Made by a program: the position numbers and the translations under genes | Notes under the pieces: model-generated | What the model saw: the letters and a program-made list of their open reading frames with translations, nothing else | The model's database searches: none | What the model was told of the DNA's origin: nothing | NCBI GenBank assembly: GCA_963838555.1 | Contig: CAWIRK010000002.1 | Span: 62,127 to 126,126, forward strand | DNA length: 64,000 nucleotides | Direction of reading: 5' to 3' | DNA from: an uncultured Acidobacteriaceae bacterium | GTDB lineage: Bacteria; Acidobacteriota; Terriglobia; Terriglobales; Acidobacteriaceae | In this document: in pieces, positions 48,577 to 58,600 of the stretch | How the letters are laid out: every line of letters starts with the position of its first letter | Position numbering within the stretch: position 1 is the stretch's first letter

Positions 48577-49494
48577 GTGGCCTTGGAAGCTCATTTTGAG
48601 CAGACAATCCGATCGGAGATAGAGTTCAGCGGTGTCGGCTTACATAGCGGTGCCCCGGTTTCGATGCGATTGATTCCAGCGCCTGCTGGTTCCGGTATCG
48701 TCTTTCGACGCACAGACTTAGATAACTTTGAGATTGCGGCTGTGGGGCGCAATGTGGCTAAGGTTAGTTATGCAACGAGCCTGATGCGGCAGAGTGTTTT
48801 GATCTCGACGACGGAGCATTTGCTCTCGGCGCTGATTGGGTTTGGCGTGGATAACGTGATCGTTGAGGTGGATAATCTTGAGGTTCCAATCCTGGATGGA
48901 AGTTCGCTACCCTATGTGCAGGCTTTTCAATCAGTTGGATTGAAGCGGCAGAGGCGGAAGCGGGAGTATCTGAAGATTTTGAAAGAGGTTGAGGTTCGGG
49001 ATGGGTCCAAGTTTATCGGGGTCTATCCGGGGTCGGGGTATCGGATTCAGTACACGATCGACTTTCCGCAACCCATTGGCTATGAGATGTTTACTGGAGA
49101 TCTGGCTACCGGGGACTATGTGAAATGGATTGCTCCGGCGCGGACGTTCGGGTTCAAGGAAGATGAGCGGATGTTGCGGGATATGGGGCTGATTCGGGGA
49201 GCTTCGCCGGATTGTGCGATTATCCTGTCCCGGCAACGTGTTGAAAATGGGCCGCTTCGGTTTGACGATGAGTTTGTGCGGCACAAGGTGCTGGATTTGA
49301 TTGGGGATCTGGCCCTGGCGGGGCGGAGGATTCAGGGCAGGGTGGTGGCGGAGAGAGCGGGGCATGCGATGCATACTGCTCTTGTGCAACGACTTATGCG
49401 TGACCGGTCGGCGTGGGAATTGGCCCATGGTTACAACGAAGTGATGGAGCCCGAGGTCGCGGTGGGGCATCTGCGGCCTGCCACTGTGGCTTGA
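48577..49494 (+). CDS. lpxC: UDP-3-O-acyl-N-acetylglucosamine deacetylase
   Basis: GVGLHSG; STTEHLLSAL; PILDGSS; APARTFGF; EFVRHKVLDLIGDL; GHAMH. Confidence 0.96.
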   Translation: MALEAHFEQTIRSEIEFSGVGLHSGAPVSMRLIPAPAGSGIVFRRTDLDNFEIAAVGRNVAKVSYATSLMRQSVLISTTEHLLSALIGFGVDNVIVEVDNLEVPILDGSSLPYVQAFQSVGLKRQRRKREYLKILKEVEVRDGSKFIGVYPGSGYRIQYTIDFPQPIGYEMFTGDLATGDYVKWIAPARTFGFKEDERMLRDMGLIRGASPDCAIILSRQRVENGPLRFDDEFVRHKVLDLIGDLALAGRRIQGRVVAERAGHAMHTALVQRLMRDRSAWELAHGYNEVMEPEVAVGHLRPATVA

Positions 49495-49584
49495 TCTTGT
49501 GGTGATTTGGGTGTTTTTTTGATGGTGAATTTGTGGTGGATTCGTGGTGAAACTGTGGTGATTGGGGTGGTTGGTGTCACTCTG

Positions 49585-49627
49585 GTCTGGGATCTCGTTT
49601 GGGATCTTGTCTGGGATCTTGTCTGGG
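49585..49627. repeat. 12-bp tandem repeat (about 3.6 copies), preceded by a GTGGTG-rich tract
   Basis: GTCTGGGATCTC GTTTGGGATCTT GTCTGGGATCTT GTCTGGG. Confidence 0.8.
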
Positions 49628-49637
49628 CGATTACAGG

Positions 49638-50108
49638 ATGAGCGGGCTGGCAGCGATTGCGCTGGGGTCGAATCTGGAATCGAGATTCGGGGACCGCGAG
49701 GCGAATCTGCGGGAGGCTGTGCGGCGGTTTGAGGGGCTGGGTGAGGTGCGGGCGGTTTCGTCGTTCCATGACACGGAGCCGGTGGGTTATTTGGAGCAGC
49801 CTCGGTTTTTGAACGGGGCGATATTGCTCCAAACGGAGTTGGGGCCGCGAGAGTTGATGCGGGAGTTGCTTGGGATTGAACGGGCGATGGGGCGGGAGCG
49901 GGTGACTTCTGTGGCAAAGGGGCCGCGAGTGATTGATCTTGATCTGTTGTTGTATGGGGATTGGGTGCTTTGGGCGGAGGAGCTGATACTGCCGCATCCC
50001 CGAATGGAGGAGCGGCGGTTTGTGCTGGAGCCGTTGGCGGAGATTGCGCCGGATTGGATGCATCCGGTTCTTGGGGTGACGGTGCGGGAGTTGTTGGGAC
50101 GGTTATAA
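49638..50108 (+). CDS. folK: 2-amino-4-hydroxy-6-hydroxymethyldihydropteridine diphosphokinase
   Basis: IALGSNL; QPRFLNG; GPRVIDLDLL; LPHPRMEERRFVLEPLAEIAP. Confidence 0.95.
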   Translation: MSGLAAIALGSNLESRFGDREANLREAVRRFEGLGEVRAVSSFHDTEPVGYLEQPRFLNGAILLQTELGPRELMRELLGIERAMGRERVTSVAKGPRVIDLDLLLYGDWVLWAEELILPHPRMEERRFVLEPLAEIAPDWMHPVLGVTVRELLGRL

Positions 50109-50131
50109 GGTTTGTGTGGTTGTTGCATGAT

Positions 50132-51247
50132 TCACCGTCCACGCTGGTTGACGAACTGGCGTGCGGCGAGGAGGACAGTAGCGCATCCCATGAGCGTGAG
50201 CACCAGGGCGTTGAGCCACAGGTCTGTGAAGCCGGCGCCACGCAGAATGACACCGCGGAGGATCTGGATGTAGTAGGTTGCGGGGATAAAGCGGCTAACG
50301 CCGCGAAAGAATGGCGGCATGGTGTCGATGAGAAAGATGTAGCCGGAGAGGAAGACCGAAGGCAGGACCGTGCCCATGGAGAGTTGGAATGCCTCTGCCT
50401 GGGTGCGCGCTTTGGTTGAGATGAAGAGACCGACTCCGAGTACGGTGAGCAGGAAGGGCACCGACATTCCCAGCAGCGCGAAGACGTTGCCGTGGATGGG
50501 CACCTGAAAGACGATGCGCATGATGGTGAGGATGATGCAGAGTTCTCCGAAGCCGAGGACACCGTAGGGAATCATCTTTCCGACCATAAGGCCAAGGGGG
50601 GCGACGGGAGTCATGGTGAGTTGCTCAAGGGTGCCACGCTCGCGCTCGCGCACGAGGCTGAGGGCGATGAGCAGAATGATCATCATCTGCAGGAGAACAG
50701 CGATGAGACCGGGAACGAAGAAGTTTGCCGAGCGGGTCGCGGGATTGTAGAGGACGGAGGGGCGGACTTCGATCGGTAGCTGCGAGGAGCCAAGGATTCG
50801 GTTGAGAGACTGTTCGAGGGCGACTCCGGTGGATGCGTTGACGGCTTGTCCGGCTACAGAAGAGTCGGAGCCGTCGATGAGGACGAGGACGGTTGCGGTG
50901 GCGCCGCTCTGGAGTTGGCGGGCGTAGTCGTAGGGAACCTTGATGGCCACGCGGGCTTTGCCTGCGCGCATCGCCGCGTACATGTCGGGATTCGATTGAA
51001 CGGTGAGGACGAGGCGGAAGGTGTCGGATGCGGCGAAGCTTTCAAGTAGTTGCCGGCTCTGTTGGGTGTGCGACTCGTCGAGGACGACGGTGGGGATTTG
51101 TCTGATGTTGGTGTCGACCGCGAAGCCGAAGAGAAATAGCTGGATGAGCGGGATGAGGAGAGCGAAGAAGAGTGTCCCGGGATCGCGGACGATGTGGGTG
51201 AACTCTTTGCGGCAGACGGGCCAGAGACCGTAGAAGAGCGATTTCAT
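50132..51247 (-). CDS. ABC-2 type transporter permease
   Basis: KEFTHIVRD; QLFLFGFA; FVPGLIA; [12 protein letters not shown]; multiple TM helices. Confidence 0.92.
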   Translation of the reverse strand: MKSLFYGLWPVCRKEFTHIVRDPGTLFFALLIPLIQLFLFGFAVDTNIRQIPTVVLDESHTQQSRQLLESFAASDTFRLVLTVQSNPDMYAAMRAGKARVAIKVPYDYARQLQSGATATVLVLIDGSDSSVAGQAVNASTGVALEQSLNRILGSSQLPIEVRPSVLYNPATRSANFFVPGLIAVLLQMMIILLIALSLVRERERGTLEQLTMTPVAPLGLMVGKMIPYGVLGFGELCIILTIMRIVFQVPIHGNVFALLGMSVPFLLTVLGVGLFISTKARTQAEAFQLSMGTVLPSVFLSGYIFLIDTMPPFFRGVSRFIPATYYIQILRGVILRGAGFTDLWLNALVLTLMGCATVLLAARQFVNQRGR

Positions 51248-52173
51248 TTCGCGGCCTCCATGATTTGGTAGGTCAAGGTGACGAAGACGTCTTCGAGAGA
51301 AGGCACGATGGGTTGGATCTTTGCCTGGGGGAATTGCGCGCGAAGGGTGTCGATTTGGCCGGACTCGACGAGCGAGTGAATGGAACGGCCGAAGATTGTG
51401 GCTTCGCGGACGCCGGGCCGTTTGCGCAGTGCGGCCAGGACGGTGGAAGTGTCGGGAGTTTCAATTTCGATGCGCGTAGTGCCAGCGGGATTGGCTTCGG
51501 GAAGATTCTGGAGTTCGCTGATGGTTCCGAGAGCAACGAGCTTTGACATGTAGATGTAGCCGACACGTCCGCACCGTTCCGCCTCGTCCATATAGTGTGT
51601 GGTGACGAAGAAGGTGACTCCCTGGGCCGACAAGAGAAAGAAGAGGTCCCAAAGCGAGCGGCGGGCGACGGGATCGATGCCGGCAGTAGGCTCGTCCAGG
51701 AAAACGACCTCGGGTGAGTGGATGATGGCGCAGCCCAGGGCCAGGCGTTGTTTCCAGCCGCCGGAGAGGGCGTTGACTCGGCGATGCAGATAGGGAGCGA
51801 GGCCGGTGAGCGCGACGACCTCCTGGATGCGCTGGTGCGCGCGCGAGGCAGTGAGGCCGTATACCCCGGAGTAGAAGCCGAGGTTCTCGGAGACGGTGAG
51901 GTCTTCGTAGAGGCCGAATTTTTGCGACATGTAGCCGACGTGGCGCTTGATGTCGGCGGCGTGTTTGTGGATGTCCATGCCGAGAATGGTGCCGGTGCCT
52001 TCAGTGGGGGTGATGAGTCCGCAAAGGGCCTTGATGATCGTGGTTTTGCCGGAGCCATTGGGGCCGAGGAAGCCGAAGAGTTCGCCCTTGTTGATCTCGA
52101 AGGAGACGTCGCCGACTGCGGTGAAGTCGCCGAAGCGGATGGTGAGGTGGTCGGCGGTGATGACGGGAGTCAT
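51244..52173 (-). CDS. ABC transporter ATP-binding protein
   Basis: GPNGSGKTT; LSGGWKQRL; FLDEPT; TTHYMDEAE. Confidence 0.95.
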   Translation of the reverse strand: MTPVITADHLTIRFGDFTAVGDVSFEINKGELFGFLGPNGSGKTTIIKALCGLITPTEGTGTILGMDIHKHAADIKRHVGYMSQKFGLYEDLTVSENLGFYSGVYGLTASRAHQRIQEVVALTGLAPYLHRRVNALSGGWKQRLALGCAIIHSPEVVFLDEPTAGIDPVARRSLWDLFFLLSAQGVTFFVTTHYMDEAERCGRVGYIYMSKLVALGTISELQNLPEANPAGTTRIEIETPDTSTVLAALRKRPGVREATIFGRSIHSLVESGQIDTLRAQFPQAKIQPIVPSLEDVFVTLTYQIMEAAK

Positions 52174-53301
52174 TGCAGCCGCACCGTGGCGGACATGCCG
52201 GATTTGAGCGCGCCATCGGCATTGTCGACGTGCACCTTGACTCCGAAGACCTGGTGCTGGCGGTCGTCTCGGGTCTGTACGTTGCGGGGAAGGAACTCAG
52301 CCTGGGAGGCGATCTCCTGGATGTGTCCGGTGAAGGAACGACCGCGGAAGGAGTCGACTTGGACCTTGTGCGGGCTGGCCGATGCGGACTGCGGCGAGGT
52401 CGGTCTCCGGAACGTAGACCTTAACCCAGAGCTGTGAGGACTCGAGCATGGTGACGACGATCTTTCCCGGGCTGACGAGATCGCCGGTACGCACACTGAC
52501 CGTCTGGACGAGTCCGTCGGCTGGGGCGAAGAGCTCCGCCTCTTTCAGTTGCACGTCGAGTTGGTTGACGCGGGCCTGGGCCTCTTCCATTTTTGCGCGG
52601 CCGGCGTCGATATCCTCCTTGCGATAGCCGCGCTGCATGAGGTCGGCGGCCGCTTGCGCCTGATGGTAGCGCTCCTGTGCGGCCTGGAGGTCTTCCTTGC
52701 GTGTGCCTGCCTGAAGGAGAGCGAGACGCTGGTGAAGAGATTCTGCCTTCTGGGCCGTCGAATCGCGTGCTGCTTTTGCGTCGTCAAACTGCTGTCGAGA
52801 GACAGTGTCGGCGCGCAGGAGCATGTCCATTCGCTGGAAGTTAATTTGAGCGTTCGCGGCATCGGTTTTGGCCGCGGCGTAGTCAGCCTCGGCTTGCTTC
52901 AGCTCCTGTGATCTGGGGCCGTTTTGCGCGGCGTCGAGCATGGCACGCTGCATCTGCGCATTGGCCTGTGCCTGCGCGATCTCTTCGGGGCGATTGCCAC
53001 GCTGGAGGCGATGATAGTCTGCCCGGGCCTGTTCGAACTGCGCCTGGGCCTGTGCGCGCTGGGCCTTCACGTCATCGAACTCGAATTGGACTAACAAGGC
53101 CCCGGCTTTGACTGCCTGTCCCTCTTCGACGAGAACCTGAGTGACGCGGCCACCGATCTTTGAGCCGATCTGGATCTCGCGAGTTTCTATCGTGCCGGAG
53201 TAGACCAAGGCGTTTTTCGAGTTCGCGCAGGAGCGGATGAGCCATCCGGCGATTAGGAGGATTGCGAGCGCGGCGATTGCGAGAACGATCTTACGTCTCA
53301 T
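52170..53301 (-). CDS. HlyD family membrane-fusion protein; apparent indel at about 52368
   Basis: N-terminal TM; [19 protein letters not shown]; coiled coil; VKVYVPE; second frame [17 protein letters not shown]. Confidence 0.9.
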
Positions 53302-53897
53302 GCCATGCCCTCCAGACCCAGCTTCAGGCGTGCGCGCATGTTGTTGATCAGCCAGGTGCCGGGTTGATCCTCGCGAATGAGCCACTCCAGAGTGGTTGCC
53401 ATGTAGATGGCGAAGAGTGTCTCGGCTATCAGCTGAGGGGCGGCGGCCTTGCGGCGTGGAATGCGCTTGATGGCGCCGCTGAGTATGTTGATTGCTTCCT
53501 GACGGGCCGCCATCATGGGGCCGTTGGTGACCTGCTGGAACCAGAGGCTGAGCAGCAGCCGTCGCGATTTGGCCGCGATGCGCGTGTTTTCGCCAGTTAT
53601 TTCGAGAAAGAGTGCGATCACATCGTCGAATGTGAGCTTGTGACCGCCTTCGCCGAATTGAGTGACGATTGACTTCAGTTTTTCAACGCGGGTGCTCGCG
53701 ATTTCACGGAGGATCAATTCCTTTTGCGGGAAGTAGTTGAAGAAGGTCGCTCGCGAGATACCGACAGTGTCGCAGATGATCTCAACGGAGACTGCCTCGT
53801 ATCCGTGAGTGGCGAAGAGTTCGAAGGCGACCCGGACGATCTCTGCTCTGGTGTGATGCTTCTGCTTTTCGCGTAGCGATATTGTACTGTTAGCCAC
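53298..53897 (-). CDS. TetR/AcrR family transcriptional regulator
   Basis: LREKQKHHTRAEIVRVAFELFATHGY..VGISRATFFNYFPQKE. Confidence 0.93.
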   Translation of the reverse strand: MANSTISLREKQKHHTRAEIVRVAFELFATHGYEAVSVEIICDTVGISRATFFNYFPQKELILREIASTRVEKLKSIVTQFGEGGHKLTFDDVIALFLEITGENTRIAAKSRRLLLSLWFQQVTNGPMMAARQEAINILSGAIKRIPRRKAAAPQLIAETLFAIYMATTLEWLIREDQPGTWLINNMRARLKLGLEGMA

Positions 53898-53934
53898 AAC
53901 TTAGACTATAGTCTAAGTTGTGGATTCTTGTCAA
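53894..53934 (-). promoter_or_regulatory. Sigma70-type promoter overlapped by a perfect 30-bp palindrome (probable TetR operator)
   Basis: CCACAACTTAGACTA/TAGTCTAAGTTGTGG at 53894-53923; minus strand TTGACA (53934-53929), 18 nt, TATAGT (53910-53905), 7 nt, GTG start. Confidence 0.85.
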
Positions 53935-54110
53935 TCGATCTCACTGGATACGGCGCGCAGGCCTGTGCACGCTTTAAGAGGAGGTCTCTTTCACGGGTGT
54001 TGCGGGTTAGTGACGCGACGCGTTCGAATTCAGGGTGGGGTTGTGGCGGTTGATGAGACAATGAACGACGGCAACCGCCCGAGATGGGAAGCTGCAGAGG
54101 AATATCGCTT

Positions 54111-55745
54111 ATGCATTTTTGGCGAGGGATCGCATTGTTCTGCCTGGCCAGTGGGGCAGGGAGTGTGGTGGCTCAGGCTCCAGCAACATCGCCCGAGACA
54201 CTGAGTGTTACGACGCAGCTTGTGGTGCTGGATGCCACGGTGCTGGACAAGGCCGGGCGTGTGGTTACGCAGCCGCTGACACGCGACGACTTTCAGATCG
54301 AAGAGAACAAGAAGCCGCAGGAGATTTATTCGTTCGAGTCGGCTTCGGAACATCAAGCTGCGGTTGCGAGTGGAGATACCGCAAAGGCCCCTCGGTTGAT
54401 TTTTGTGCTCGATGAGATGAATTACGCATACCAGGGGGCCTACAACTCCACGAGGAACGCGATCGAGCAGCTCAATGAAGAGAAATATAGGAGAGATGAG
54501 CTGATTCGTCATCTGAAAGCCCAACCTGAGATGTTGCACGAGTCGGTCGAGGTGTTGATTCTGACGCACCATGGATACCGCGTTCTGGTGCCACCAACGC
54601 ACGACAGAAGTGTTCTTCTTGACCGGGTGGCCAAACATGACCCCGGGCTTCAATCACCCTATCGCGACTACCTGGAAGAAACGGGCGGAGTAGGCGGGGA
54701 AGGATCACGCGATTTCACGCTGACGAAGAACACCCTGCAAGCGATGTGGTCGCTGGCGATACAGCAGCGGAGTGTTCCCGGCCGTAAGGTAGTAATCTGG
54801 CTCGGCTTTGGCGGACCTACGCCGGAGGCATCGGGGCTGGCCGAAAGTAACCCACGGCATCCCACGAGAGTCCAGCACTACCAGCAACAGATTACGAACA
54901 TGTTGGTGGAGGCCCGTATCACACTGGACGTGATAGGCCCCGGAGGCGACGACATAAAAGTAAAGTCGGCAACGGGGTGGACCACTCCGGGGAGCGTCGG
55001 AGAGAATCGATATGAAAGTAACTTCGGTTTTTCCGGCTATATTTCTGCTACAGGGGGCCAGTGGAAGAATGGCAACGATGTTAGCGGCGAGATACAAGCG
55101 TCCGCAGACTACGGAACGGTGTATTACACGTTGAGCTATCGACCGGCCAATCGTAGCTTCGATGGAGATTTTCGGCACATTCGCGTGACGGTGAAGGGCC
55201 ATCCGGAGTGGACCGTGTTGACGAAGGCGGGTTACTACGCCCTGCAGTTTGGCGGTGAGAAGGACTACGAGCATCAGGTGGTATCGGACCTGTCGATCGC
55301 GACCTTCGAGGCGATGCCTTTCAGCTCGATCGGCGCGACGCTGATGCAGATTGAGCGCATCAAGGGGACGGACAGCGCACGCTTCACTTTCCATCTGGAC
55401 GCCAGCGATCTGCAATGGCATACGGATGCGACGGCGAGGGTGCGGGAGGCTGACATTGGCATATCGGGCGCCGCGTTAGGTTCTGAGTTTGCGAAGGGCC
55501 CGCTGGCGTCAGAGGCTGCGACCTGGAAGCTGACGGTACCGCTCAACAACGAGAAGTTGCCGGCCTATTCTTCGGCTTCGGTGATTGTCCGGGTGCCACC
55601 GAAGACGAAACGTATGCGCTTCGCAGTTCGCGATCTTGCCAATGGCAGGATGGGCACGGTTGATTTGAATCCGTCTGTAGTGGCGAGTGCGCCGGAGATA
55701 GACGCTCCAACGCCCGCGCTGCAACCACGCAAGCCGGCGCAGTAG
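54111..55745 (+). CDS. Acidobacterial VWFA-related domain protein (secreted; start 54084 or 54111)
   Basis: LSVTTQLVVLDATVLDK..LTRDDFQIEE; PGRKVVIWL; TGG; YYTLSYRP..FRHIRV; VRDLANGRMGT. Confidence 0.82.
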   Translation: MHFWRGIALFCLASGAGSVVAQAPATSPETLSVTTQLVVLDATVLDKAGRVVTQPLTRDDFQIEENKKPQEIYSFESASEHQAAVASGDTAKAPRLIFVLDEMNYAYQGAYNSTRNAIEQLNEEKYRRDELIRHLKAQPEMLHESVEVLILTHHGYRVLVPPTHDRSVLLDRVAKHDPGLQSPYRDYLEETGGVGGEGSRDFTLTKNTLQAMWSLAIQQRSVPGRKVVIWLGFGGPTPEASGLAESNPRHPTRVQHYQQQITNMLVEARITLDVIGPGGDDIKVKSATGWTTPGSVGENRYESNFGFSGYISATGGQWKNGNDVSGEIQASADYGTVYYTLSYRPANRSFDGDFRHIRVTVKGHPEWTVLTKAGYYALQFGGEKDYEHQVVSDLSIATFEAMPFSSIGATLMQIERIKGTDSARFTFHLDASDLQWHTDATARVREADIGISGAALGSEFAKGPLASEAATWKLTVPLNNEKLPAYSSASVIVRVPPKTKRMRFAVRDLANGRMGTVDLNPSVVASAPEIDAPTPALQPRKPAQ

Positions 55746-55850
55746 GGATTCAGTTGGCAATTTCGAGCGATACAAGCGGTTGGTGATTCGGTGGGAAGTG
55801 ACTACCTTCGGCGCAAATCCGCGCCAAAGACGGAGTGAGCGCAAGAGTTT

Positions 55851-57413
55851 TTAGTTGGCTCCGTCGGATTTGGCGAAGCGGACGGTGTAGTCTCCGATGC
55901 GTTGGCCCTGGGCGAGGCCGACTGTGATGTCGGAGCGATAGTGAATGCCTCCGTAGAGGCGGGACATCGCGGCTTCCTGTGCCTGCGCGCTGAAGTAGGT
56001 GGCGCCGCTGGGGAAGAGATACGACAGGACGTCGGCTCCTGCGGCGGAGAAGTCGGAGTGGCCGGAGACGTAGGAGGGGAAGTTGGGAAGGCCGGTCTGG
56101 ACCTTGATCTCGGGATCAAGTTGCGAGGGGCGCGGGTTGAAGTAGAAGTATTTTGTGTCCCAGCAGGCTACTCCGGCGTCGTGCAGCGCCATGTTGAGCA
56201 GAGCATAGACGCGCGCGGAGCGGACTTCGCTGTAGCTGGCGGCGCTGATGTAGGGCGCGGCGATGGCGTCCCAGTGGCCGGGGGGAGTTGGCGTGCTGAC
56301 TCCGTCGGCCCATTTGTAGACGGTGGCTAGCTGGTCGCGGGTGAGGTTGTTGACTGTGTCTTTTACCTCGGCGGTTTCGGTCTTCATCTGCGTGGACGAA
56401 GTGGATGGAGGCGGCGCGGCGCGCTCGTTCACGATGTCGGTTGAAGTGAGCATCCAGGGTTTGACCTGACCGAAGAGTGGAAGCATGGGCGGGCGGGGCG
56501 GGCCGTCCTGGCTTATCCAGGCGATCTCACCGCGTGCGGTGGCGCCGTCGGCCAAGGCCTGCCAGATGGCTGGGGTGCCGCCGGCGGCCTTCATACCATC
56601 GGTGGCGGCGCGGGCCGCGATGATCGCGGCTACTGCGTTGCCGAGGGCTACTCCGGCGGCGATGTCGCTGGGGGAGGCGCGGCCGGAGAGGAGCGCGGCT
56701 TGTTGCTGCTCGGCTGCTTTGGCGTTGATCTCGTCGACTGAGGTTGGAAAGAGGAGAGTCAGGAGAACGGTGTTGACTGCGGATTCGACGGCGTCTTCAG
56801 AGGGATAGGACGGTACGTTGGTGGTGGGCATCAGCGACTTGATACTGCTGTCAACTTTGGAAGGCGATGGGCGGTTGTAGAGGAACTTGTAATACCAGGC
56901 GACCTTTAGCGCTTCGTATTGTGCGACCGCGACGTTGCTATAGGCCCGCACGGCGTAGGGTGGATTGCTGAACGGATATTGTGGATTGGCGAATGGGTTC
57001 GCGGGATTTGGAACGGGATAGCTTCCGTCGGGATTGGGCGAGGGCGGAAGATCGGAGCGGGCAACGAGCTCGCGCATGATCTCGTTCCAGCGCAGGACTC
57101 CGCCGCTGCTCCAGTAAGTGATGGCGGTCTTTTGCGCGTCGGTGAGATTGGCCTGGGCGGACTTGATGGTTGCAATCTCGGATTGGTAAGCGGGATCGCC
57201 GGTTGCGCCGGGTGCGGTGACGGAAACCTGAGTGGGGCCGGTGAGGACGATCATCTTCCATGAGCCGGCGTTGGCGTCGGCGTTTGCCGGCGTGACCGCG
57301 GGGAGGACCTCGGTTGATGGAATGTCTTTGCTGCAGCTGGAGCTGGAGAAAGCGAGAGCGAAGAAGACCGCGAGCGAGAGGAATCTGGGGAGCTTATTCG
57401 TTTTCGGAATCAT
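55851..57413 (-). CDS. PAP2 / vanadium-dependent haloperoxidase superfamily lipoprotein with duplicated domain
   Basis: WDTKYFYFNPRP; PNFPSYVSGHS; SRLYGGIHYRSD; signal ending SSSSC. Confidence 0.85.
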   Translation of the reverse strand: MIPKTNKLPRFLSLAVFFALAFSSSSCSKDIPSTEVLPAVTPANADANAGSWKMIVLTGPTQVSVTAPGATGDPAYQSEIATIKSAQANLTDAQKTAITYWSSGGVLRWNEIMRELVARSDLPPSPNPDGSYPVPNPANPFANPQYPFSNPPYAVRAYSNVAVAQYEALKVAWYYKFLYNRPSPSKVDSSIKSLMPTTNVPSYPSEDAVESAVNTVLLTLLFPTSVDEINAKAAEQQQAALLSGRASPSDIAAGVALGNAVAAIIAARAATDGMKAAGGTPAIWQALADGATARGEIAWISQDGPPRPPMLPLFGQVKPWMLTSTDIVNERAAPPPSTSSTQMKTETAEVKDTVNNLTRDQLATVYKWADGVSTPTPPGHWDAIAAPYISAASYSEVRSARVYALLNMALHDAGVACWDTKYFYFNPRPSQLDPEIKVQTGLPNFPSYVSGHSDFSAAGADVLSYLFPSGATYFSAQAQEAAMSRLYGGIHYRSDITVGLAQGQRIGDYTVRFAKSDGAN

Positions 57414-58378
57414 GGTGTGGCTCGCTTTTCGAAGGAGAAGGTGTACATGAGCCCGGTGGTGATGGTGTTTGCCTGTCCGACGTTGCGGCCCGTAAACGTG
57501 TTGGTGTAAAGAAACCAATATTGCAGGTCCTTCAGCTTCGGAACGGGGACCTTCAACGTTACGCCGGCTTTGGAGAAGTTCACGCGGTTGGAGACGAAGG
57601 GCGAGTCCTGGGGGCGGATGTCTCCTCCTCCGCGTGTCTGTTGCTGGGAGTATTCGCCCACGATCTCGAGATTGTTTTTGCGATAGCCGACGCTGGTGCC
57701 GAAGTTGAACTGGTTGGGCATCGCGACTTCGTTGCTGAGATAGAGCTGGCCGTTGGTGTAGTAGTAGGGCCGGTCCAGCGTGACGTTGCCGCGAAAGGTG
57801 TAGGCAACGGTCCCGTTGATATAGAGGCCGCGCTGACCGAGATAGTTCAACGTCGTACGTCCTGAGATGGTTTTGCTGTTGGCCCCGAGTGAGAGCGGCT
57901 GCAGGTCTGGCGTGTAGTTGGTCATGGGAATAGTGCCGTAGAGAACGCCGATTACCCGCAGCGCGCCGTGATGTCCGACGGGAAGACTGACGGCCTTAAA
58001 TTTTGCGGCGAGCGCGAGGTCCTGAAATCCGGCTTGTCCGTGGAGCACGCCCTGGCTGGCGTTGGTCCAGATGTATGGCACGTTGATGATGGCGTCGAAC
58101 CAACGCGTGACGCCATAGTTGGCTGCCATGGTGAGGGATTGTGTGGTGACGGTTCCGATGTTTCCGTTGACGCGCTCAAGGCTGCCCTCCCAGTAGTGGT
58201 CCCAGCTGTCGTGACTGTAGAGCGCGCCGGCGCAGAGGGTTTTGTTGGCGAGCATGATGCCGTCATCGATCGTTTGAGCTTGCAGCGAGGGGCAGAGCGG
58301 GAGGATAAGAGCGAAATAGATCGAAGCGAGGATTTTTCTATGGCGTTTGTACCTGCTTCTGCTGAGGAGGGAAATCAT
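57410..58378 (-). CDS. Putative outer-membrane beta-barrel (transporter-like)
   Basis: Signal peptide ending LQA-Q; alternating aromatic strands; GFQDL; GRNVGQ..GLMYTF; stop overlaps next start. Confidence 0.68.
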   Translation of the reverse strand: MISLLSRSRYKRHRKILASIYFALILPLCPSLQAQTIDDGIMLANKTLCAGALYSHDSWDHYWEGSLERVNGNIGTVTTQSLTMAANYGVTRWFDAIINVPYIWTNASQGVLHGQAGFQDLALAAKFKAVSLPVGHHGALRVIGVLYGTIPMTNYTPDLQPLSLGANSKTISGRTTLNYLGQRGLYINGTVAYTFRGNVTLDRPYYYTNGQLYLSNEVAMPNQFNFGTSVGYRKNNLEIVGEYSQQQTRGGGDIRPQDSPFVSNRVNFSKAGVTLKVPVPKLKDLQYWFLYTNTFTGRNVGQANTITTGLMYTFSFEKRATP

Positions 58379-58600
58379 GGTCTTTTCTCCGTCTCTGTGA
58401 GGAGGTGCACAGACGGAACCATGCGAACTCCTGAGCTTCGGAGTGGATGCGTCACAGGTTCTGTCTTCCTGTCTATCTGGCTTCCAAAAAAAGTTCAGTT
58501 GATTGGTCTGGAGGAGTGTACGTGCGCGGTCACAGGCTGTCGTGAGCACAAGGGATGGTTTTTCGGTCAACCATTTGGCGGAGGAATTTGCCTCCGCGGA

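Noticed and set aside
49497-49627. CRISPR array candidate (also 22700-22810)
   Set aside because: No identical repeats separated by unique spacers and no cas genes
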